Shown one piece after another: positions 9,632-17,180 of a DNA stretch of 32,822 bases (position 1 is the stretch's first letter; every line of letters begins with the position of its first letter). Both the position numbers and the translations under genes were made by a program. The notes beneath the pieces are model-generated. The model saw only the letters and a list, made by a program, of their open reading frames with translations, was not told the origin of the DNA and made no database searches. Origin of the DNA: Ignisphaera sp. (lineage in GTDB: Archaea > Thermoproteota > Thermoprotei_A > Sulfolobales > Ignisphaeraceae); contig JAWAHS010000008.1 of assembly GCA_038889075.1 (NCBI GenBank), forward strand, positions 1 through 32,822, in the 5' to 3' direction.

Positions 9632-9757
9632 AGCCTAGCTCACCAAGCCTAAAAGCCATTAGAAGAATTTTTAAGTTTTATTTCGATAACACTGTTATAG
9701 ATGCTGGATATAGGCTACCAATACCATCCATCGTATACAGGCTATCCCCCAGAGCAT

Positions 9758-10657
9758 CTATCTCGATATCGCTACATATGCACAGCACTCCTCTATAATT
9801 TCAAACCGTGTACCACTCTCAATAAGATACTCCACGGTTGAGTACGAAGGAAATGATAATCCATCGAAACCCAGCTCTAGAGCTTCAACCTCAAGTGGTT
9901 GATAGGCCTCTCCGTGAGGCTTCATACATCCATAGGAGAGCGGTATATCCTTTAGAATCCTTCTAGCATACCTTAGTATTTCAGAGACGTAGCTTGGTTG
10001 TGGAGGGCTGCAATTTTCAAATGGTGTGTTAGAAAGTGGACTGAATACCGCCAGCACTACTGCATTAGGGTACAGCATATTTAGCACATCTATAGCTTGC
10101 TTCTCACCAGATGGCTTTCCACAGTATATACCAATGATTATGTGGGGTACAACCCTTACGGAAAATCTAATCAGATTTCTAATACTATTTATAAAGCTCT
10201 CTGGTGATTCTCTCAGATTTAAAACCTCCCTTATAACCTTCTCCTCAATGGTAAAATCTATCAGTGCTACATCGATCCCCACTTCCTTTAACAGCTGTGC
10301 CCTATATTCATCAACGAGCCCTACATGCATATATATCCTCATCCCAAGCCTCTTAGCATACCTAATTGCATCTACAAAACCTTCGAATGGCACTCGCCCC
10401 CGTACATCGCTACCACCACTTATCAATACGCTTCTAGCTCCACCTCTATACAGCCTCTCAACTATCCTTATCAGATCCTGTGGTGTTCTAACAGGTGTCA
10501 TTCTCTCGAGAATTCTAGCATTACAGTGCTTACAGCGTAGTGCACAGTGGTGCCCAGTTAGACTAACTGGTGGATATTCGTTGAACTCTCTTCCAAGGTG
10601 GGGAACATATAGATAGTGATTGCTTGGTACGAATATCTTAATGATGACTATCACCAT
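9758..10657 (-). CDS. lipS1: Lipoyl synthase component LipS1 (biotin synthase-like radical SAM)
   Basis: CALRCKHC radical SAM motif; YGCMKP and C-terminal EECCA match the recalled LipS1 GC(M/A)R and CC motifs; divergent from lipS2 and next to a lipoate ligase. Confidence 0.8.
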   Translation of the reverse strand: MVIVIIKIFVPSNHYLYVPHLGREFNEYPPVSLTGHHCALRCKHCNARILERMTPVRTPQDLIRIVERLYRGGARSVLISGGSDVRGRVPFEGFVDAIRYAKRLGMRIYMHVGLVDEYRAQLLKEVGIDVALIDFTIEEKVIREVLNLRESPESFINSIRNLIRFSVRVVPHIIIGIYCGKPSGEKQAIDVLNMLYPNAVVLAVFSPLSNTPFENCSPPQPSYVSEILRYARRILKDIPLSYGCMKPHGEAYQPLEVEALELGFDGLSFPSYSTVEYLIESGTRFEIIEECCAYVAISR

Positions 10658-10682
10658 CTACGCTATGTCTTCCGAGACTGCG

Positions 10683-10698
10683 TTTTTAAATTTTAAAA
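10683..10698. promoter_or_regulatory. Back-to-back TATA boxes of the divergent lipS1/lipS2 promoter
   Basis: TTTTTAAATTTTAAAA is self-complementary. The minus-strand box lies about 25 nt from the lipS1 ATG, consistent with a leaderless mRNA. Confidence 0.6.
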
Positions 10699-10763
10699 CT
10701 TAGAATACAGTCTACTGCAGCACAACTCTGTTAACAGAGCTCTGCCAGTGAAGGGGCTATGCA

Positions 10764-11861
10764 ATGAACTGTGAATCTCCACAGTGTATTAGATTGAGTA
10801 GGGCTTCAGATATCTTCCTAGGATTCAGCCACGGTAGATTCTATAGAAATGCTTTTCCACTTACAATCAATACACTTCTACACTTCAATAGCGGTTGCAT
10901 AGCAAATTGTCTATACTGTGGACAGGCTCGAGGAGTCGCTACCTTGGCAATGTGTAGAACACTGATACGCGTCGATTGGCCTCTAAGACCTTTAGAGGAT
11001 GTTATTGAAAGATTGTTGAAGATTGTTGGAAGCGGTACATCGTTTAGACCTTATAGGATCTGCGTCTCGGATATAGAGCATCCAAAAGCTGTTGATGCTA
11101 CGAAAGAGGTTGTGCGTATACTGTGGCTAAGAGTTGGTATACCGATATCTGCTCTCATAAGTCCTACACAGTTCTCGATAGATGATATGAGGGAGCTGAA
11201 GAGCATTGGTGTTGAGAGGATCGGTATAGCAGTTGATTGTGCAACAAAGGAGTTGTTTGAAATGTTGAGAGGATCTAGGGTTGGAGGTCCACATAGGTGG
11301 GAGAGACACCTTGAGGGGATAGGCGATGCTGTGGAGGCTGTTGGACGCGGAAGGGTAGGGGTACATCTCATAGTCGGTCTCGGTGAGTCTGAGGAGGACG
11401 CTGTTAGACTGATTCAGCAGGTGCATGATATGGGTGCTGAGACCCATCTATTTTCATTCTACCCCGAGCAGGGCACAGCTCTAGAGGGATGGATAAGGCC
11501 ACCGATATCACAGTATAGGCGTGTACAGCTAGCCAGATACCTAATAGATAACAATATATCTAGATTTGAGTGGATGAAATTTGATGCAGCAGGACGGATA
11601 GTCGACTTTGGAATACCTCTACCAGAGCTAGAGGAGGTGGTTGAGAGTGGGCTACCCTTTACCACATCCGGATGCCCAGGATGCAATAGACCATATGCAA
11701 ATGAGAGACCCAGTGAGTTTCCGCGAAACTTTCCATATATACCTAGGGGTTTGGAGATTAAGCGAATAAGAAAGCAGCTCACCACCTATCTACCTATAGA
11801 AAATGGTATCGAAAGTCTCAAGAGTTACCTAAATAGGGTGGGGTATGGATGGAGTATATGA
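10764..11861 (+). CDS. lipS2: Lipoyl synthase component LipS2 (radical SAM)
   Basis: CIANCLYC radical SAM motif; TTSGCPGCNRP matches the recalled LipS2 signature TxGCPxC(N/D)RP; overlaps the ligase gene. Confidence 0.85.
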   Translation: MNCESPQCIRLSRASDIFLGFSHGRFYRNAFPLTINTLLHFNSGCIANCLYCGQARGVATLAMCRTLIRVDWPLRPLEDVIERLLKIVGSGTSFRPYRICVSDIEHPKAVDATKEVVRILWLRVGIPISALISPTQFSIDDMRELKSIGVERIGIAVDCATKELFEMLRGSRVGGPHRWERHLEGIGDAVEAVGRGRVGVHLIVGLGESEEDAVRLIQQVHDMGAETHLFSFYPEQGTALEGWIRPPISQYRRVQLARYLIDNNISRFEWMKFDAAGRIVDFGIPLPELEEVVESGLPFTTSGCPGCNRPYANERPSEFPRNFPYIPRGLEIKRIRKQLTTYLPIENGIESLKSYLNRVGYGWSI

Positions 11862-12892
11862 GAGGTCTATTCCATAGAGCGCCAGCAGACTTTCTGCTAG
11901 CTTCAGAAGAGGTTCTAACACGTGGTGTTGGCCTAGGCCTATCACCTCCAACGGTAAGGGTCAACATCTTTGACCCCCCGGCTGTACTCGTTGGATACAA
12001 CCAAGATGTGTATGAGGAGGTTAATGTAGAGGAGGCAATGAAGCTCGGTTTTTCAGTAAATCGCAGACCGTCAGGTGGTGGTGCTATTCTGATGTATGAG
12101 GATAGCCCTGGCTGGGAGATATGGCTTCCACAATCGTTAGTAGAAGGATTGGATATAGGTCAAATATATGTAGAGTTAGCGAAAATTCCATTAACAGCGC
12201 TGAGGTATCTTGGAATAGAGAATGCAAGGCTTAGGGGGAAGAACGATATAGAGGTAGGGGGGCGCAAGATCTCCGGAACCGGTCTCTACATGGATTCCGG
12301 GGGGATAATGTTCTGCGGTACAGTACTGCTAGATTTCAATACCAGATTAATGCTACAGCTACTTAGGCTACCTATAGAGAAGATGAGTGATAAGGATGTA
12401 GAGACCTTTGAGAAGCGAATAGTTACAGCTAGGGAGATTCTAGGTTCCAAGCCTTCAGTTAGAGATGTTTTAGAGGCTTTTAGAAGAGCGGTAGGCGATG
12501 TACTTAAGGTTGAGGTTGCTGATGGTGATCTGAATGAGTGGGAGTTGGGAGAGTTGCAGAGGACTGTAGAAAAGTATAGGAGTAGCAACTGGATCTATGG
12601 ATACAAAGCTACAGATGGAAGAACCTTTACAAAGATCTGTAAATATAAGACAGCAGCAGGTCTTCTGAGAATCCATGTAAAGGTATTTGAAAATATTTTA
12701 GAACAGATTCTACTAACAGGTGACTTCTTTGCATATCCATCTACTGCAATACATGAGCTCGAAGCTAATCTGAAATGGATAGCTGTAGATGATGTACCTC
12801 AGAAAGTTATAGAGTTTGCAGATAGAATGACGATACACGGACTCTCAATATATGAACTAGCTAATTTGATAGAGAACTGTATAAAGGATTAA
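11849..12892 (+). CDS. Lipoate-protein ligase/octanoyl transferase with fused C-terminal LplB-like domain
   Basis: RRPSGGGA, KNDIEVGGRKISGTG and GTVLLD catalytic motifs; C-terminal GLLRIHV...LTGDFF domain. Confidence 0.9.
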   Translation: MEYMRGLFHRAPADFLLASEEVLTRGVGLGLSPPTVRVNIFDPPAVLVGYNQDVYEEVNVEEAMKLGFSVNRRPSGGGAILMYEDSPGWEIWLPQSLVEGLDIGQIYVELAKIPLTALRYLGIENARLRGKNDIEVGGRKISGTGLYMDSGGIMFCGTVLLDFNTRLMLQLLRLPIEKMSDKDVETFEKRIVTAREILGSKPSVRDVLEAFRRAVGDVLKVEVADGDLNEWELGELQRTVEKYRSSNWIYGYKATDGRTFTKICKYKTAAGLLRIHVKVFENILEQILLTGDFFAYPSTAIHELEANLKWIAVDDVPQKVIEFADRMTIHGLSIYELANLIENCIKD

Positions 12893-12910
12893 AAATAGAT
12901 ATCGGCTACA

Positions 12911-13348
12911 CTACCTTTTAATCAATCTAGCTATCTGGCTTCTATACCACTCTACAGCCTGCGGATCAGAACCTCTAATCAGGTTCTTCAAATCCTCATC
13001 GAGATTCGAGGACTCAATAACGGCTATCCACCCAGCGCCATATGGATCGCCCATAATCAGCTTAGGATTCTTTCTAAGCTCACCATTCACCTCTACAATT
13101 TTCCCCGATACCGGGGATTCCACTGGACCGACCCACTTTGCCGACTCTATTACAGCGATTGGCTGACCCTGTTTAACAACGGTTCCAACAGGTCTAAGAC
13201 GTACAAACACAATTTCACCCGCAGCTTTAGCACCAACATCGCTTAACCCAATCCTAACCCTATTTGAAGCCTCTACCCTTGCCCAGCTAAGACCCCTAGA
13301 CCAGTAGTATAGCTCCTCCTTTAACTCAAATGAGTCCACTCTTACCAT
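12911..13348 (-). CDS. Glycine cleavage H-like lipoyl-carrier protein (LbpA-type motif)
   Basis: Lipoyl-lysine motif IESAKWVGPVESPVSGKIVEVN and DPYGAGWI; no gcvT/gcvP/E3 genes in the window. Confidence 0.9.
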   Translation of the reverse strand: MVRVDSFELKEELYYWSRGLSWARVEASNRVRIGLSDVGAKAAGEIVFVRLRPVGTVVKQGQPIAVIESAKWVGPVESPVSGKIVEVNGELRKNPKLIMGDPYGAGWIAVIESSNLDEDLKNLIRGSDPQAVEWYRSQIARLIKR

Positions 13349-13577
13349 AGGACATCCAGCTAAACTAGCCTTGGATAGGGGTTAAAACTGTTTAGTATTC
13401 TTACAGATCACCTTGATCCAGAACCGTTACAGGTAGAGAATTGCAATCAGCTTACACCATTCCTTTGCATGGGATGCATCCTTCGCTTTTAGGTTTCCTC
13501 AAGTACACTTCATGAGAGATCCTATAGAGGACTATTTGTAGAGGAATGGAATTCGCAGTATGTGTAGTTGAAAGTGT

Positions 13578-14894
13578 TTAAAGGGTCTGCGTCCTATTCT
13601 GTTCCCCCCTTTCTTCAGGAACTCCATATGGATTGCCATACTCTTCAATACTTCTAGCTACATTTACTACAGGTGGTGGTATATATCCTGATTCTACAAG
13701 TGTTTTCCTAAGCTTTAGAATCATCTCTGGAATGTCTATCTCCATAGGGCATACAGATTTACACCTACCACACTGGAGGCATGTAAATGCTAGAGGTGCT
13801 GCTCTATCAAGACCGTATATGAATGACGTCCATATCGCACCTATACCACCTGAGTAAACATAGCCCCAGATTTGCCCACCCAATTCACGGTATACCGGAC
13901 ATATGTTGAGGCATGTACCACACTTTAGACACATTAGAGCTTCTTTAAAGTTTGAATCTCTAAGCATCTTCGTTCTACCATTGTCTAGGAGAACTACATG
14001 AAGTTCTCGAGGACCGTGTGCACCGCGGATAGAGACCAGCTCTATATCTGATGTTGAGCTAGGGCCTGTTATGAGTGAAATGTAGGAGGGCATCTTGAGA
14101 CCAACAGCATTTGGTATTATTAGCATAGATGCTACTACAGCATCCTCAACCGTTGGATACACCTTCTCTATACCTGCAACCACTATATGGATAGGTGGTG
14201 CATTTGAAACAAATCTAGCATTACCCTCGTTCTCCACGATCACTACAGTACCTGTATCAGCTGCAATAGCGTTTGCCCCCGTTACACCTGCATCAGCCTT
14301 AAAGAACTTCTCCCTAAGATACTCACGAACAGCTTTCACACAGCTACTGTGGTCAGGTGGCACCTCCCTATTAAGGAATTTCGATAGAGATTCGGCAATC
14401 TCATCTATGGTTAGATGTATTGCTGGTACAACTGGATGGGAGGGTCTTTCACCCCTTATCTGAATGAGAAATTCACCAAAGTCGGTTTCAATAACATCGA
14501 GACCACCTTCAATAAGTGCCCTATTTAGAAAGATCTCCTCCGTAACCATGGACTTACCTTTTATAACTAGTCTTGCTCCTCTACTACTAAGTACGTCAAC
14601 TACGTATCTAGCTGCCTCCTCACCTGTACTGGCATAGTGGAACACTGCTCCAGCTCTTTCAATATTTTCCCTAGCCATCTCTATCAGATCATCGATGTGC
14701 TCTAGAGACCATAACCTGGCCTCTCTAACACGCTTCCTATAGTATTCATAGTATGGAAGTTCCTTCAGTAGCTGAAACCTTGCTCTAGGAAAGCGGGTAG
14801 CGACCTTTCCAAGGGCACTTCTCAGCATATCGTTTCCAAGAGCATCTACAACTCTTTCAACATACTCACTGAACCACTCTGCCATGGTAATCAA
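13578..14894 (-). CDS. LutB/LldF-like LUD-domain Fe-S protein
   Basis: KGKSMVTEEI, ETDFGEF, HPVVPAIH, ENEGN, ITGPSSTSDIE and GAHGP motifs; two ferredoxin motifs CLKCGTCLNICP and CLQCGRCKSVCP. Confidence 0.88.
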   Translation of the reverse strand: MITMAEWFSEYVERVVDALGNDMLRSALGKVATRFPRARFQLLKELPYYEYYRKRVREARLWSLEHIDDLIEMARENIERAGAVFHYASTGEEAARYVVDVLSSRGARLVIKGKSMVTEEIFLNRALIEGGLDVIETDFGEFLIQIRGERPSHPVVPAIHLTIDEIAESLSKFLNREVPPDHSSCVKAVREYLREKFFKADAGVTGANAIAADTGTVVIVENEGNARFVSNAPPIHIVVAGIEKVYPTVEDAVVASMLIIPNAVGLKMPSYISLITGPSSTSDIELVSIRGAHGPRELHVVLLDNGRTKMLRDSNFKEALMCLKCGTCLNICPVYRELGGQIWGYVYSGGIGAIWTSFIYGLDRAAPLAFTCLQCGRCKSVCPMEIDIPEMILKLRKTLVESGYIPPPVVNVARSIEEYGNPYGVPEERGEQNRTQTL

Positions 14895-15634
14895 CCTAGA
14901 GCACTGTATACAAGATCCACTACATCTCGAACCTCTATAGAGATACCATAGATGGTCTCAGCAACAGAAGCGGCATTATGTAGCGTCTTGACACAAGTGG
15001 GGCAGGCTGTAACAACAGCCTGTATATCGAGACCAGCTAAATCTTCAACTAGTCTATCAACAGCTATTTGAGAAGCCAGTGGGGGTATTACTAGGCGCAA
15101 CAGACCACCACCTCCGCAACACCTTGAGTACTTCCCCATGGCCATCTCAGGTAGCTCGATAAGGGATACCCCCGGTATGGATTTTACAACTTCCCTAGGC
15201 TCGCTATAGATTCCTAGATGCCTACCCAGATCACACGGATCGTGATATGCAACCCTTAGGCTGAGACCCCTCTCTAGCTTAAGAGCACCTCTATCCAGTA
15301 GCTGGTGGAGAAGTTGTGTAGTATGGAGCACTTTCAATTGCTTGAAACCGTATCTAGGGTAGAGCTGCTTAAATGCCCTTAGACAACCAGGGCAGTGTGT
15401 AACAACGAGATCGTACTCCATATTCATAAGACTCTCAACAACTCTCGAAGCATATTTCCTAAACTTTTCTTCATAGCCTGCGAGTAGAAGAGGATAGCCG
15501 CAGCACCATTCATCACTAAGCATTGCTACATTGATACCCGCTTTCCTAAATATGTATCCAATCTTCGATATAGTATCGGAGGCTATATTCCTTAGCGTAC
15601 AACCTCTCCAGAAAACCACCGTTTGATATTCCAC
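14891..15634 (-). CDS. Tandem CCG-domain Fe-S protein (LutA/GlpC/HdrB-D-like)
   Basis: Two CCG modules: FWRGC..WCCG..HCPGC and YHDPC..RCCGGGG..TACPTC; overlaps the lutB-like start by 4 bp. Confidence 0.88.
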   Translation of the reverse strand: MEYQTVVFWRGCTLRNIASDTISKIGYIFRKAGINVAMLSDEWCCGYPLLLAGYEEKFRKYASRVVESLMNMEYDLVVTHCPGCLRAFKQLYPRYGFKQLKVLHTTQLLHQLLDRGALKLERGLSLRVAYHDPCDLGRHLGIYSEPREVVKSIPGVSLIELPEMAMGKYSRCCGGGGLLRLVIPPLASQIAVDRLVEDLAGLDIQAVVTACPTCVKTLHNAASVAETIYGISIEVRDVVDLVYSALG

Positions 15635-15789
15635 TTTTCTACACCATCACTATACACCACTATGTTATAAGTTTTAAACTTATCTACTAGAGGATCAGCC
15701 ATAGCTATATGCCGTATATAGCCATACATAAATCTTCATAGAAAATGCATCTATGGCATCCTAGTCTTTAGAAGAGCGATACTAGGTAC

Positions 15790-16878
15790 CTAGCGTCTGT
15801 GTATGCAGTATGTGTAGCATGCTTCAGCTAGGTACTCTATGTTTTCTAGTGGTGTTGGTGGATATACCTCTATGTGTAGCATTAGCCCTCCCGATTCTGT
15901 ACCAAGCTTTTCTACAGCATTTTTGATGTGGCTATGTATCTCCTCCCGCGTTCCATAGGGTATTAGGTGCTGTCTATCTATATCCAGATCTATACACACC
16001 CTTCCCTTGAGCTTCTGTGCAATATTTTCGATACCATTTATAGTATCCTGTATATTTAGAATATCTATACCGGCTTCAAGAATAGCGTCTACCAGTGGCA
16101 TTACCATTCCGTCGCTGTGGAAGTATATTAGCGCATCCATATCTCTCACCTCATCAAAGAATTTTCTATAGTATGGTAGAAAGTATTTTCTAAGATGCTG
16201 TAATCTAATAAATGGGCTCTCCTGACCTCCCAAATCCTCTAGAAATGCAACCATATGTATCCCTCTATATCTCTTGGCTATCCTAAGCAGCCCGTATTGG
16301 TATTCTGCAACCTTTTCTAGTGCTAGAATAATCCTCTCATCCCCTCTATAGATGGCGTAGACTAGTTTATTCAGTGGGATTACATCCATTAATTTCTGGA
16401 ATAGAAAGTGGTGGAGGCTGAATACAACTAACCTACCCTGCTCTCTAAGCCTGTCAAAATAGCTAAACAGCTCCTCCCATGATATCATAGGTTTTGGATC
16501 AGCATAGCCTATGGGGTAGCCAGCCTCAGGCTCAGGTAGATTCCACTCTCTCACTTTATTCAAATCGTCTAGAGGGTACTGATAGGGTTCACCACCGAGA
16601 CCCTTAATCTTAAACCTCCAGACAGTGCCATATACATCCCTAGTAAACCTATCCTCAAAAACAACACCAGGTCTATCATCAAATACTATAGTGCTGGGAT
16701 CGTGCTCAGGAAAGGTTAGCGGATACCTCTTCATCAACCCGATAATCTCATCCCTATAGGTGTTTAAAACAGGACGCGTTATAATAATTCTACACGGGGT
16801 GAATTGAGGATGGTGAAACCGTGCAGCCTTCAGAAAAGCCTCTCTATATAGGCTAGCAGTGTAGATACCGCTATCCAG
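15790..16878 (-). CDS. Uroporphyrinogen decarboxylase/MtaA-superfamily protein (probable CTG start)
   Basis: DVYGTVW, EDLGGQ, FHSDG, GIDILN and GTREEI motifs. The frame stays open 47 codons upstream of the ORF-track start (16737) to a CTG at 16878 preceded by GAGGTG. Confidence 0.8.
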   Translation of the reverse strand: MDSGIYTASLYREAFLKAARFHHPQFTPCRIIITRPVLNTYRDEIIGLMKRYPLTFPEHDPSTIVFDDRPGVVFEDRFTRDVYGTVWRFKIKGLGGEPYQYPLDDLNKVREWNLPEPEAGYPIGYADPKPMISWEELFSYFDRLREQGRLVVFSLHHFLFQKLMDVIPLNKLVYAIYRGDERIILALEKVAEYQYGLLRIAKRYRGIHMVAFLEDLGGQESPFIRLQHLRKYFLPYYRKFFDEVRDMDALIYFHSDGMVMPLVDAILEAGIDILNIQDTINGIENIAQKLKGRVCIDLDIDRQHLIPYGTREEIHSHIKNAVEKLGTESGGLMLHIEVYPPTPLENIEYLAEACYTYCIHRR

Positions 16879-17180
16879 AGTAACTACACCTCAATAATTT
16901 CTAACCTAGAGCTATGGTTTAAAAATAGTATTGAGGGTTTGCAGTATAGATTGCATTGATATTGCTTAACAGTGGTTCTAAAATATCTACTGTATGAATA
17001 TGCGTAATGTTTACTTAAGTTATTTCCAAATTAGAGATTGTATACGGCATCACTTATTGGGTTAAAGAGTTCAAGAGATCTTCAAATGCTGTACAGTTCT
17101 TCATAGTGTTATAGTGGCTGGAATCTAGACTTATATTTTCATCCTCTAATTCTATCTCTAGATGGGATGATTTTGGAGAG

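Noticed and set aside
13400-13577. Possible frameshifted CCG-domain continuation of the LutB-like gene at a G6 run
   Set aside because: The alternative frame I translated after the run gives no CCG-like sequence and stops quickly.
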